Positions 12,042 through 24,429 of a DNA stretch of 64,000 nucleotides are shown here, in pieces. Both the position numbers and the translations under genes were made by a program. The stretch's first letter is position 1. Each line of letters starts with the position of its first letter. The stretch covers positions 30,752,001 to 30,816,000 of the forward strand of contig NC_083420.1 in assembly GCF_020745735.1 (NCBI RefSeq). The letters are read 5' to 3'. The notes below the pieces were generated by a model. That model made no database searches, was not told where the DNA came from, and saw only the letters and a list, made by a program, of their open reading frames with translations. This DNA comes from Hemiscyllium ocellatum (lineage: Eukaryota).

Positions 12042-14149
12042 CAATTTATTTTAGGGATTGACCTTTTGAACTAGTGGAAAGTGGGTTTTAGCATATGTGT
12101 ATCAGAGGGTTTAATGATTAATTTGTCAGCATTTTTGGAACCATGACATCTTTTTAACCAGTATGGGAGAGCAGATCCCTGGAATGATGAGATTTATCTG
12201 TATTGGAAAAGTTTTATGAACGGATAAACTAAACATTGAGGAGATTAGTTTTTTTTTGTGGTAGAAGATCACGATTATCTTTGCCGAGAGGAAAAATCCA
12301 TAGTTTTGGAAGTTTCTGTGCTCAGTTTGTTAGGTTGTGGTCGAAGTTAAATGTGTGCGACAGTTAATTCTGAAGAAAGGAGTTAGGTTAGATCAGTTAG
12401 GAAGTAGGTAACCTCAGAGAAAAGATTTCAGCTTGAAATTCCCAGATCAGGAGTGTTTGGTTAGAACCTTGAGAGAGTTTAAGCTTAGTTTTCCATGACT
12501 AATCAAGGTAGGGATTAGCAAAGTCCCAAGACTAGGAATTGAAACGAACAATGGAGTTAAATATCTGGAAATGAATCGACTCTATTGTTTGATTATTGTA
12601 AAATGATGGAATTGGAGTAGATGGATCTGACATATCCAGAAATAACATCAACTGGAATCAACAGAAAGCCCATGCAGATGGAATATAACCAAAATCAGTG
12701 AATAAATAAGAACTGTCACCTTTAAATGAGCCATCTTTCAGTAAAAGCCTTTGAATGAGGTACAGCCATGTTTTCAATCATGTACTAAGTTTATATTTAC
12801 TTACTAAGTTCATATATACTACTTCTGCCTCTGTGAAACAGATTTCCCATCTGTGAAATTTCATAGCAAATGTCAACATTATGATAAAATATCACATATT
12901 TTTAAAACATTATACTTTTTAAGATATTTATGATAATAGTTTTTATTAATCTTTTTTGTGTCTCAATCATTATATGATTCCCTGTAAAATAATATTAAAA
13001 ATAAAAGGACAATTCTAGTTTACTGTCTGTGGGCATTATCCACTGTTGGTGGATGCCTTGATTTTCCTGTTATTTGGCATCAGTTTTGGATTGTGCATCA
13101 AGTTGTTTTCAAGGACCGTTTGGTTGTAAAAGGATATGAGTTGGTATGGGGTTTATAAGTGACAATTCTCTTTTTGTGTCAAAGATAAAGCCTGCAGGTG
13201 TTCAATGTAAAAAGATTGCATGACACTATGTCAAAAAAGAGCAATCAGTTATCCTCAATTTACAATATCACAAAGATCAGATTCTTTGGTTATCATCACA
13301 TTCCTGGATGTGGGCGGGTTTTGTGTTCAAAACTGAGAGTGCTTCCTTTCGTACAACAGTGACAATACTTCAAAAGTATTTAATCGATTGTAAACTATTT
13401 TAACACATCTGATGGTTTGGAAGTATTGCATAAATGCAAGGATTTTTGTTTCAAAACAAGACCGAGCAAGAAACGGTTTTACATCTCCGAAACAGAGTTT
13501 CCATGCCTGTAATAGCAATTTTTTTTAATACCAGAGTGGCTCTTGAATCCAAACATGTATTTAGATAGCTGAAACAGCACATAGATAAGAACAAAAGCAA
13601 TTTATATATCCACATGCCTTTAGCTAGTGAGCGGTTAGCTCAGAGAGCCAGAGGCTTGTGGAGCAGAGTTTCTGACCATAGGCAGTGATGGTGAGGCAGG
13701 AAAGCTCGGATAGTCAAACAAACACTCCCTAGAAATAGGGTGCCGTAGGTGGAAGGAGAGCTAGTGGGAGTGGGGGCAACAGACGGAGAAAGGAATTCCT
13801 CAGTATACTGTAACCCATGGGCTCATTCCATTCAAATACCATCAATAGTTCCTCATTTGTCCTTAATTTCTTTTCATGTTTGTAATGACCTGATGTCAGT
13901 GAAATAAAGAATCCTTGCGACATAATCTTTGGGCCATCTGTGTATTTAAATCTCATGTAACACTGAGCATGTGGTTCAGCTGAACACAGCAGTGCAGATT
14001 CCATTCAGTCCTGGCAAAGTAGACTTAGAACACTCTGGCCCGAGGATTGAAGGCAACGTTAGAACACGTTGAATCAGGATGAAGCATCAGCAGATAATCA
14101 GCCAAGTACCTGCCTTCAGACTGAACGCCCAGGAATGGATTAATATTTT

Positions 14150-14362
14150 TCTCATAATAAAATGCTCAAAGGTATTTCACAAGAATATTGTAAAACAAAA
14201 TATGTCACCAAGATAGATAAGGCGATCTTAGTCCAGATAACTGAAAGCCTAGTCAAAGGGGTAAACTTTAAGGAGATTCTCAAAGTAGAAAAGAGATGGA
14301 AAAGTTCTGGTCAGGAATTCCAGATGCCAGGGTCTCAGTAACACAAGGCATTGCTACTAATG
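14150..14362 (-). mobile_element. Degenerate L2-like 3' fragment
   Basis: Resembles the end of an L2 ORF and its 3'UTR; strongly decayed. Confidence 0.45.
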
Positions 14363-14816
14363 CACTGAACCATCCAATGTGCATCCATTGAAGGTTCCAG
14401 TCATTCATCAAGATGTATTTATTGCCCAGCAGCATAGTGAATCATTCACTAGATGTCAATTGACTACCATAATATGTCAAATAAATTGGGTTAATACACT
14501 AGAAGTAGATAAAATAATACCACAACATTTGATAGATATGGATCAAATTGGTTGCAAACATATTTTATTTGATACCATTTCCCTTTAGAACTTTGAAACC
14601 CTAAACCAGATCTTGAATGAATACTTCTGTGCAGAATGGAGTCACAGTTCTTCGGAAAAAATACTGAGGTAAGGTTATATTTGTCTTTTCCTGTAGATTG
14701 CATTAATATTATACAAAAAATCCTATGGCTCTATTCTAAGAAGTTAAGAGCATTTTCCATGACAACTTGCATTTATGTAGCACCTTAGACGTGGTAAGAT
14801 TAAAATATTTTAAGAT

Positions 14817-15285
14817 TGTCCTTGGCCCACCTTTAATTGCTTCATCAATGACCTTCCCTGAATCATAAGGTCAGAAGTGGGGATGTTCACTGGTGACTGC
14901 ACCATGTTCAGCACCATTCCAATTCTTCAAGCACAGAAGAAATCCACATCCAAAATGCAGCAAGAGCTGGCCAATATCAAGACTTGGATTGACAAGTGGT
15001 AAGTAACATTTGCACCATACAAGTGCTAGGCAATGACCATTTACAAAGAGAGAATTTAACCATTGTACCTCGAAAATTCAACGGTATAAGCATCACTGAA
15101 TCCCCCATTATCAATTCTTGGGGTTAACATTGACCAGAAACTAATTTGGACGAGCCATATTAGTACTGTGGCTATAAAAGCAGATCAGAGGCTAAGAATC
15201 TTGCAATGACAAACTTACTTCCTGACTCCCCAAAGTCTGTCCAACATCTACTAGGCACAAATCAGTGATGTAAAAATTACTCCTT
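14817..15285 (+). mobile_element. Degenerate CR1/L2-group LINE RT fragment
   Basis: VLGP..CFINDLP.IIRSEVGMF(A)DCTMFS..WIDKW..LGVNIDQKL.W. Confidence 0.75.
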
Positions 15286-16797
15286 TGTAATTGTTTTGTA
15301 GAAGTCCAACATGGTTCTTTATTGAGACGATCCACCTAGATGATTTGATAGTCACTCAAATTTAATGGTGCAGGTCATGTATAATGGATTTCAGTGGAGA
15401 GGTCTCACTGTATGGAGGCTTGTTATAGTTTATCCTGTTATCAGTTCCCTATGGAAAGTTTGTCAGGTTGAGGATTATTATGAACATATTTGTACTTGAG
15501 ATTTAGCCTTCAAGCAAATAAGTTGATACTTTTTTTTTGTTTTAAGGATCGTTACCTAAATCACCTGTCAGAGGAAAGCAGTTACTCTGCACCTATGAAT
15601 AATAAAACCAGCATCTCCAAGGAACATTTTTAGTAAATCATCAGTATCTGTCCTTTCCAGACAATTTGACTTTGGCTAACATTGGTTGCAATCTTAGTAA
15701 ATTTCAAAATTGACACTGGAAAAATGTCAAATACTTTTCTATCAGTGAGGCAAAATACTTCTGCTTGAAAGGATGATCAAGCAAATCAATGGTCTCTCTA
15801 GCAGTATCATATAAATATTGTCCTGCCTATTATTGTTGTCAGAGATGCTGACAGTCAGCAGTTGGCTCTGCGAGGATCTGCTTTGGGTTGGTTTGCTGCA
15901 ACTTATTCTTCTTGTAATCGTCGGTAGAGATCACAAATATTTAGTGAAGGATTAACTAATAGTCTTTAGCTGAAGTGCAAGTGTTCGAGTAATGAGGAAT
16001 ATTTACTACATAATAAAATAACAGGTAATATTAGTTTAGACTGGTTAAAGACATTTATACTAGATAAGAGACATTGTTACCTCCTAAGAGTTAATAATTA
16101 GATTTATCCTACATGACATAGACTGAAGAAGCAACTAACAACAAACCAATACTAACTCCTCTTAAAACAATATTTATATAATTGTATAAACAGTGAGTGA
16201 AGCTATTTCAAAGTTTAGTTAACTTTTTCAGGCCTATATACTTTTGAAACAATTGCTCCCCATGCACATTTATTTCCTTTCATTACCTCATTATAAAGTT
16301 CCTCAATAAGAACATCCAGACCATCACTATCATCTTTTCCCGAGTCTCTTATTTTACAAATTTTTCTTGACTTAGATGAATAGTTGGCCATTTGCTTTGG
16401 AATGATCAACTCAGCTCATATAATTCTGTCCCCCTGGTGGGTCTTAATATCTTGAGTGCTTTTTGCTGAAGACATTTGTTGGTGTTGGTATTGAGGGTGA
16501 TTGTTTCCCTGTCTGGAAGAGCTTTACTTTTGTCAAAAGGTATAATGGAAGGCATTTAAGGTGAAGGAAATAAGCTTCTTATTTTGACATTGTCACAATG
16601 TAGATTTAGATGAATACCTTTCACAATTACACCTGTTCTTTTAGCTAAAGCCAACATCTTGTTTGTATTTGATGGCATCAATGGCACTGCTTGCATCATA
16701 TTGGCAATCTCTTTCTGAACAATTGTCTTCTCTGGACTGACTGTTTTAAGAGTTTATCTGGTTTCAGATAATTGTTCCACTTGCTGAAAGTCAAGTC

Positions 16798-18318
16798 ATG
16801 ACTTTAGTCCAAGAACTCCCCACCTACGTTCGGGATACCACCCACGCCCTCTATCTCCTCCATGATTTTTGCTTCCCCGGTCCCCAACGCCTTATCTTCA
16901 CGATGGACATCCAGTCCCTGTACACCTCCATCCCCCATCACGAAGGACTCAAAGCCCTCCGCTTCTTCCTTTCCTACCGCACCAACCAGTACCCTTCCAC
17001 TGACACCCTCCTTCGACTGACTGAACTGGTCCTCACCCTGAATAACTTCTCTTTCCAATCCTCCCACTTTCTCCAAACTAAAGGAGTTGCCATGGGCACC
17101 TGCATGGGCCCCAGCTATGCCTGTCTCTTTGTAGGATATGTGGAACAGTCCATCTTCCGCAACTACACTGGCACCACCCCCTACCTTTTCCTCCGCTACA
17201 TCGATGACTGTATCGGCGCTGCCTCGTGCTCCCACGGGGAGGTTGAACAGTTCATCAACTTTACCAACACCTTCCATCCCGACCTCAAATTCACCTGGAC
17301 TGTCTCAGACTCCTCCCTCCCCTTCCTAGACCTTTCCATTTCTATCTCGGGTGACCGACTCAACACAGACATCTACTATAAACCGACTGACTTCCACAGC
17401 TACCTGGACTACACCTCCTCCCACCCTGCCCCCTGTAAAAACTCCATTCCATATTCCCAATTCCTTCGTCTCCGCGGCATCTGCTCCCAGGAGGACCAGT
17501 TCCAATACTGTACAGCCCAGATGGCCTCCTTCTTCAAGGACCGCAGATTCCCCCCAGACGTGATCGACGATGCCCTCCACCGCATCTCCTCCACTTCCCG
17601 CTCCTCCGCCCTTGAGCCCTGCCCCTCCAACCGCCACCAAGACAGAACCCCACTGGTTCTCACCTACCACCCCACCAACCTCCGTATACAGCGTATCATC
17701 CTCCATCATTTCCGCCAACTCCAAACGAACCCCACCACCAGGGATATATTTCCCTCCCCTCCCCTATCAGCGTTCCGCAAAGACCACTCCCTTCGTGACT
17801 CCCTCGTCAGGTCCACATCCCCCACCAACCCAACCTCCACTCCCGGCACCTTCCCCTGCAACCGCAGGAAATGCAAAACTTGCGCCCACACCTTCTCCCT
17901 TACTTCTCTCCAAGGCCCCAAGGGATCCTTCCATATCCACCACAAATTCACCTGCACCTCCATACACATCATCTATTGCATCCGCTGCACCCGATGTGGC
18001 CTCCTCTATATTGGGGAGACAGGCCGCCTACTTGCAGAACGCTTCAGGGAACACCTCTGGGACGCCCGAACCAACCAACCCAACCACCCCGTGGCTCAAC
18101 ACTTTAACTCTCCCTCCCACTCCACCGAAGACATGCAGGTCCTTGGACTCCTCCATCGCCAGAACATAACAACACGACGGTTGGAGGAAGAGCGCCTCAT
18201 CTTCTGCCTTGGAACCCTCCAGCCACAAGGGATGAACTCAGATTTCTCCAGTTTCCTCAATTCCCCTCCCCCCACCTTGTCTCAGTCGATTCCCTTGAAC
18301 TCAGCACCGCCCTCCTAA
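16798..18318 (+). CDS. PLE reverse transcriptase + GIY-YIG endonuclease (N-terminally truncated; ATG supplied by the TSD)
   Basis: MDIQSLYT, GVAMG, RYIDD, FLD, YYKPT, CxRxxCKTC, IIYCIRC..C.LLYIGETGR.L.ERFREH motifs. Confidence 0.9.
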   Translation: MTLVQELPTYVRDTTHALYLLHDFCFPGPQRLIFTMDIQSLYTSIPHHEGLKALRFFLSYRTNQYPSTDTLLRLTELVLTLNNFSFQSSHFLQTKGVAMGTCMGPSYACLFVGYVEQSIFRNYTGTTPYLFLRYIDDCIGAASCSHGEVEQFINFTNTFHPDLKFTWTVSDSSLPFLDLSISISGDRLNTDIYYKPTDFHSYLDYTSSHPAPCKNSIPYSQFLRLRGICSQEDQFQYCTAQMASFFKDRRFPPDVIDDALHRISSTSRSSALEPCPSNRHQDRTPLVLTYHPTNLRIQRIILHHFRQLQTNPTTRDIFPSPPLSAFRKDHSLRDSLVRSTSPTNPTSTPGTFPCNRRKCKTCAHTFSLTSLQGPKGSFHIHHKFTCTSIHIIYCIRCTRCGLLYIGETGRLLAERFREHLWDARTNQPNHPVAQHFNSPSHSTEDMQVLGLLHRQNITTRRLEEERLIFCLGTLQPQGMNSDFSSFLNSPPPTLSQSIPLNSAPPS

Positions 18319-18600
18319 CCTGCAATCCTCTTCCTGACCTCTCCGTCCCCACCCCACTCCGGCCTATCACCCTCACCTTGACCTCCTTCCACCTATCACA
18401 TCTCCATCGCCCCTCCCCCCAAGTCCCTCCTCCCTACCTTTTATCTTAGCCTGCCTGGCACCCTCTCCTCATTCCTGATGAAGGGCTCTGGCCCGAAACG
18501 TCGAATTTCCTGTTCCTTGGATGCTGCCTGGCCTGCTGTGCTTTAACCAGCAACACATTTTCAGCTCTGATCTCCAGCATCTGCAGACCTCACTTTTTAC
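16802..18600 (+). mobile_element. Penelope-like element (family A), 5'-truncated, with 3' pLTR
   Basis: Intact RT + GIY-YIG ORF; TSD tcatga at 16796-16801 and 18601-18606. Confidence 0.95.
18471..18506 (+). ncRNA. Intact minimal type I hammerhead ribozyme in the PLE pLTR
   Basis: attc-CTGATGA-a-gggc/tctg/gccc-GAA-ACGT-C^gaat; perfect stem II, predicted cleavage after 18502. Confidence 0.85.
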
Positions 18601-19310
18601 TCATGAAGGATTCCCCATATGTGAGGAACCAGTAAACAGTTTGTCCTTGCCAGAGAAATCTGTGGTTTCTTCTCTGTTGGTAGTATTAAGCTAGTATTTA
18701 TCATCTCACCTGGTGTGTGTACATTTCTAGGTTCAGAATCCTTTTGAGATTTGTAAAGTCTCCTTTTTGCTGATATATATCAAGTCAGTCAGAGGTTATT
18801 ATCTTTTTTGGGTGGTTGGTATTTTCCCTCAAATTTTAAAATGTTTAGGTCAAAACATGTCTTTTTGCTCAGAAGTAAAGTCTTGCTCTGAATGATGTAA
18901 GCATGTTTTGCAAACTGATAATCTTCGTTTCTTAAAAATAAAGCTTTTACCATTGCTTTAATCATAAGGGTTGTTCTGTCAACTGTGTAACATCAGATCA
19001 GTAGGTTGCAACTTTAGGCTTTTCAACAAACGAACTTTATCTGTGAAACTTGCTTTTGTATCAAGCTTAAACTGAGGTGAATATTCATTGACACAGATGA
19101 TCTCTGTCAAGTTCAGATAAATCATTTATTCTTTCGCGGAATTGCTGTGGTATTTCTTTGGAGAAAGTAGATGTAAGGACACATGTTTTAATAGAAGTAT
19201 GTATTGGGTATCTGAGTTTTTCTATTGTTTTGGTAAAACGTTTTGACTTATTTACCCAAAGAGAATACTGATGAAAACAGTACTGTTGCAAACAGTATTC
19301 TCTCTGTTTA

Positions 19311-19442
19311 TAGAGTCATAGAGATGTACAGCATGGAAACAGACCCTTTGCTCCAACTCATCCATGCCGACCAGATATCCTAACCTAATCTGGTTCCATT
19401 TGCCAGCACTTGGCCCATGTCCCTCCAAACCCTTCCTGTTCA
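19311..19442 (-). mobile_element. CR1 3' tail fragment
   Basis: tagagtcatagag tail plus CR1 3'UTR. Confidence 0.85.
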
Positions 19443-19980
19443 AGTATTGTTTCTGGTTTTCAAAATGTTTTCATCATGTGCCACTTTCTTGCAGAGGTGA
19501 ACTTGCTGTAATAAATATTGAGTTTGTTTTGTCTGTGTTTTTCTGCTCCACATCTTGGAAAGTGACTCCTAGCATCTAGAAAGTTGAACACTCATTGTGA
19601 TGTTTTGTTGTATGATAAATTGAAGTGCTTGTGCCTTAAGTTGATCGTACCCGCGGCCTTCTATCCCCCAGGCTTCTGTCTTTTCAGGACCTCATTTTCT
19701 AACACAATCCAAATCTGAATAGTCTGTGCTGGAGAAACTTTCCTTCAATTCTAATGTATAAAAACAATCAATCAGATCAATGACAGTTCTGGCTCTAATC
19801 AGTATTTTTGTTATCGGATAGTCACAAGATTCAGACAATCTGCAAAGTTCATTGATAAAATTGTCAGCAAATTCTGCTAGAAATTTCATTCTATCAATGG
19901 AACTTGAACTTGAAATGAAGTGCAATTGGTTATTGAAGTAAATTGGTCAATTTTTTAAAAGATATCATCAAAGGTACCAG

Positions 19981-20082
19981 AGGTTCTGAAAAAGGGTCAC
20001 TGGACTCGAAGTGTTGACTCTGCATTCTCTGCTCAAATGCTGCCAGACCTGCTGAGTTTCTCCAGCAATTTCTGTTTCTGTA
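19981..20082 (+). mobile_element. PLE-type pLTR fragment (family C) with degenerate HHR
   Basis: ctgaaaaagggtcactggactcgaag..gctgccagacctgctgagtttctccagca; TSD caaaggta(c/t)cag at 19969-19980 and 20083-20094. Confidence 0.7.
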
Positions 20083-20670
20083 CAAAGGTATCAGTATCTT
20101 CAACTTTTTAACTGTTGGTAACATGGTTTGCTCATGGTTCCAAAGAATAAAGTGTGTGTTGATTGTTCTGCTTGTGTCTTGGTATGTAGATCTGAAGCAC
20201 TCCTGAATGGCAGAAATATCGTCGACAATATTGTGCATTAATTTTCTATGTTAACTCTTTGTGGATCTTGAATTTCCCTGAATATGTAACAACTTTTTCA
20301 TTTAATTGTTAAATTAAGGTGCTCATATTAAAAATTCTGAAAGATTTTTAATGTTTACTTCTCTAAGTTACAATCGTGGTTTCAACTCAACTACTGTAAT
20401 GCCAGACAGAGTTAATTTTTTAAAGAATTGTTACTAAGTTATGATTTTTGGTAAAAGTAAGATTTTCAAACATTTTTAATGGCTGTCATGTAGTATGTTT
20501 TAACAGTTTCTTTTTCAAATTTTCTTTGATTTCTTTTCTCTGTATTTTACACCTCTTTAAAGAAAGGCTCTAACAACCTGTATTGTAAAAAAAGTGCATC
20601 AATAAAGCTTTCAATTAATTTTGAATTTTAAGATTTGAGGTGTTGTAAATCTCCTTAAACCTTTTAGTCA

Positions 20671-20848
20671 ATGGATTGGCCATGCTAAATTGCCCTGTAG
20701 TGTCCAGCGCTGTGCAGGCTGGGTGGATTAAGCAATGGGAATTGTAGAGTTACAGGGATGGGATAGGTCTTGGTGGGATGCCCTTTGGAGAGTCAGTGTG
20801 AACTCGATAGGCTGAATTGCCTGCTTCTAAGCCATTGGGATTCTATGA
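20671..20848 (+). mobile_element. HE1-type SINE 3' half
   Basis: tggattggccatgctaaattgccc...gggattctatg. Confidence 0.75.
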
Positions 20849-20930
20849 AACTTTAAGTTCTTATAAAGATAACATTTTCTTGCCATTTTGCCCTTCTTGG
20901 TGGGTTTATGTGCCTTTCTCACCAAGACTA

Positions 20931-21368
20931 TAGGATGATGCTGAACAGGTTGGGGCTGTTTTAACTGGAGTGTCGGAGGCTGAGGGGTGACCTTATGGAA
21001 GTTTATAAAATCATGAGGACCATGGATAGGATAAATAGACAAGGTCTTTCCCCTGGGGTGGATGAGTCCAGAACTAGAGGGCATAGGATTAGGGTGAGAG
21101 GGGAAAGATATAAAAAAGACCTCAGGGGCAACTTTTTCACGCAGAGCATGGTGCGTGTATGGAATGAGCTGCCAGAGGAAGTGGTGGACGCTGGCACAAT
21201 TGCAAACATTTAAAAGGCATCTGGATGGGTACATGAATAGGAAGGGTTTAGAGGGATATGGGCTGGGTGCTGGCAAATGGTACTGGATTGAGTTGGGATA
21301 TCTGGTCGGCATGGACGAGTTGAACTGAAGGGTCTGTTTCCATGCTGTACATCTCTATGACTCTATGG
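20931..21368 (+). mobile_element. CR1 3' fragment
   Basis: LNRLGLF.LE.RRLRGDLMEVYKIM..TRGH..FFTQ.MVRVWNELP; ctatgactctatg tail. Confidence 0.9.
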
Positions 21369-21634
21369 ATAATTATTGCTGTTTCTTCTGCTTCCTCAAC
21401 TACTTCATACCATTTTGCCTCTCTAAATACATCATATGCTTTTTGCACTGAAAATAATTTGCATTATACAATCAAAATGTATTTTTATTACAATTTGGAT
21501 GGATTTGCTGCCAACAACTCTCTTGTAATAAAGTTTTCCAGTCTTAACTAATGAAGGTTTGATGACCTATAGCTCTTTGGCAGAGGAGACACTTGAATAA
21601 GTATAAATCACTTATTACATAATTGCAAGGAACT

Positions 21635-21957
21635 TTAGATTAGATTCCCCACAGTATGGAACCAGGCCATTTGTTCCAAGTCCACACCAACCATCTGAAG
21701 TGTAACCCACCCTGATCCATTCCCTTACTCTATATTTACCTATGACTAATGCACACTGTGGGCAATTTGGCATGGCCAATTCACCTGGCCTGCACATCTT
21801 TGGATTGTGGGAGGGAACCAAAGCATCCAGAGGAAACCCATACCGACATGGGGAGAATGTGCAAACTCCACACTGACAGTTTCCTGAGTGTGGAATCGAA
21901 CGTGGGTCCCTGGTGCTGTGAGGCAGAAGTGCTAACTACTGAGCCACTGCGCCACCC
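21635..21957 (-). mobile_element. HE1-type V-SINE, full length
   Basis: Reverse complement of tRNA head and V-domain; aatctaatctaa tail. Confidence 0.85.
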
Positions 21958-22728
21958 ATTAGATTAAGACAAGTTAACAAACTTAAACCTAGGTAAGAAG
22001 TATTGTTGTCTGCCAAGTGATAGTAACTAGGTCTACACAGCATGACTCGAGACCGAAGACCTGATTAAAAATGAACAATAAAGTGATTAGCTCTTCCCCG
22101 AATCTCACTTCTGTACCAATGTACAGTGCTATTACAAAGCTCTTGAGTTAATCTTTCAGGCCAACTGTCTCAGACACTAGTTATTGTGCCTGATTTAAGT
22201 CTTGCTGTGTGTATCCGACTACATCAGTTGTGGAAATGTGAAGTTAGGTAAGTATCGGTTGTCTTGGATGATTTGCGTCAGCTGATGTTTGCCGCATCTG
22301 ATTTGATATTACGATGACACTGGAGTTAAAAATCATCTTTACTGATCATGAAAAATAGATGCTAACCAGTTGGCAGCTATTTCACATTCTCATGTGCAGT
22401 ACAAGCCTCTTTCAGTCATAACTTTAAAACATAAACTACAATCATTTTGAAATCTTTCACAACCAAGTTTTGATTTTCTGATGGTCACTGAAAGGCAATG
22501 AAAATCAGCTGGCTTTTACAATTTTTTTCCATAGATTCAGAATCATTTTGAGTCTCTGGAAGTTTCTAATTGAGTAGCCAAGGTAGAATTCATCAATTTG
22601 AATAGACAAACCAGAAGATAGACTCCTATTATTAACTGCTGACTTACTCAAAACTAAAATCTTGACTTCACATCACTGAATTAAAAAAAAGTAACAAAAA
22701 GAGCTGCGCGAAAACTATTTAAGCATAA

Positions 22729-22924
22729 TTTGGAGAAGCTGGTGTTGGACTAAGGTGTACAGAGTTACAAATCACACAACACCAGGTTATAGTCCAACAG
22801 GTTTAATTGGAAGCACTAGCTTTTGGAGTACTGCTCCACAACCACCTGATGAAGGAGTGGAGCTCTGAAAGCTAGTGCTTCCAATTAAACCTGTTGGACT
22901 ATAACCTGGTGTTGTGTGATTTGT
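22729..22924. mobile_element. PLE family B hairpin insertion containing an HHR (22843-22877, +)
   Basis: Perfect 61-bp inverted arms 22763-22823 / 22868-22928; TSD aactatttaa(g/t)cataa at 22713-22728 and 22925-22940. Confidence 0.85.
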
Positions 22925-23398
22925 AACTATTTAATCATAAGTAGCTTTGCATAATCAATCCACTTTCCTACTTTGAGGAAATTTATACTTTCCAATCATT
23001 CCAGGTAGATGTTACAAATTTTGATCAGGCAGGTGACCTGATTTTGAAATAACAAATATTTCTCATCCAAGAACCGGGGAGAAACCAAACCAGTCTGTAA
23101 TCAGCAGCTAAAGAGATGGAAAGAGTCAGAGCAATTACATCTTACCAAACTGGAGACATCAACATCTGAGTCTGTTCATGCTCATTTCTAACAATATTGA
23201 AACTGGGGTCTCTCCTAGTAATGAAACTACAAGAAACCAATTTTTGAGTTGCTCAGGATCCAATTGTTTGAAGTAATTCTGAAAAATTCCAGATATATGA
23301 CACTGGCTATCTACCTGGACTACCCTTCACTGGAGTAAACACTTCCTTCATCAGACCCACATGCATGATTTTACGCAAGATGAACCAAACAAGTATGT

Positions 23399-23586
23399 AT
23401 CATAGAATCCCTACAGTGTGGAAACAAGCCATTCGGGCCAACAAGTCCACACTGACCCTCCAAAGAGTAACCCAACCTACCCTATATTTACCCCTGACTA
23501 ATGCACTTAACCTGTATAACCCTAAACACTATGTGCAATTTAACATGGCCAACTCACCTAACCTGCACTTCTTTGGACTGTGGGAC
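23399..23586 (-). mobile_element. HE1-type SINE 3' part
   Basis: catagaatccctacagtgtggaaaca...tttggactgtggga. Confidence 0.8.
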
Positions 23587-24205
23587 AGTTCCTTTGTCTG
23601 TGGAGCACTTTATCTGTACTTTTGTGTGTGTATTTGAGCACCGTTTAAAGTTAGGTCTTTGGGGTAAATGTGTGAATGAATAATCTTTTTAAATCCCATG
23701 GAGGCTTGTTGTTGGTCACCAAACTGACCACATCTCAGGGATTTAAAAAATAAAAAAACCTTCCTTTTAAGAAAGACACTGACTATGGAAGGACAATCAC
23801 ATCAGAATTGAAACATTAACAATGTTTCTTTATCTCTGTAGATGCTGCTTGGCCACCTGATTTTTTTCCAGCATTCTCACTTCTTATCATTGGACTGAAA
23901 GGGAAGGGAATAGAGATTTCAGTTTCCACTCATCCTTTTTTGTAACACAAATTCTGATGCCCATGGAAAAGAAAATCAGGCCTGGTGTAAAAGTGTTGCT
24001 GCTTCATCAATGGCCACTTTGTTTAGCTAGAAGACATTTTTGTAACTGCTACCCCACCACCTGATTTGAGTCACTAACAAAGTCACTCTCCTACTAGTGG
24101 TAAAACAGAATATTTTGATTAACTGCACAGCTTCAGAATTAATCATTCCCACTCAACTTCAGTAACCAAATTGGAGTGGAAGATCATCTCTGACTTCCAG
24201 GTATG

Positions 24206-24429
24206 AATCATGGAATCCCTACAGTGAGGAAACAGGCCATTTGACCCAACAAGTCCACACTGAGCCTCTGAAGAGTATCCCACCCAAACCCATTCCCCAT
24301 TACTCTACATTTCCCCTGACTAATGGACCTAATCTACACATCCCTGAACAGTATGGGAACTTTAGCATGGCCAATTCACCCACCCTGCATATCTTTGGAT
24401 TGTGGGAAGAAACTGGAGCACCCAGAGGT
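24206..24429 (-). mobile_element. HE1-type SINE 3' part
   Basis: aatccctacagtgaggaaacaggcc...ggagcacccagagg. Confidence 0.8.

Larger units (their letters stand above)
16215..22660 (-). pseudogene. Large decayed intronless ORF of unknown (possibly viral) origin, ~3.4 kb after removing six insertions
   Basis: 19925-19443 reads ~160 codons with 2 stops; frame continuous across the PLE TSD (..IWGILH|DLTFSKW..); A-rich coding strand; upstream extent less certain. Confidence 0.5.

Noticed and set aside
16804-18228. Multiple overlapping and antisense ORFs (157, 132, 199 aa etc.)
   Set aside because: Shadow frames of the C-rich PLE coding sequence.
16770-18630. ILHDLTFS resembling the bunyavirus L endonuclease HDFTF motif
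   Set aside because: Position is C-terminal in the reconstructed ORF, the PD..E.K spacing is absent and there are no RdRp motifs; too short to support.
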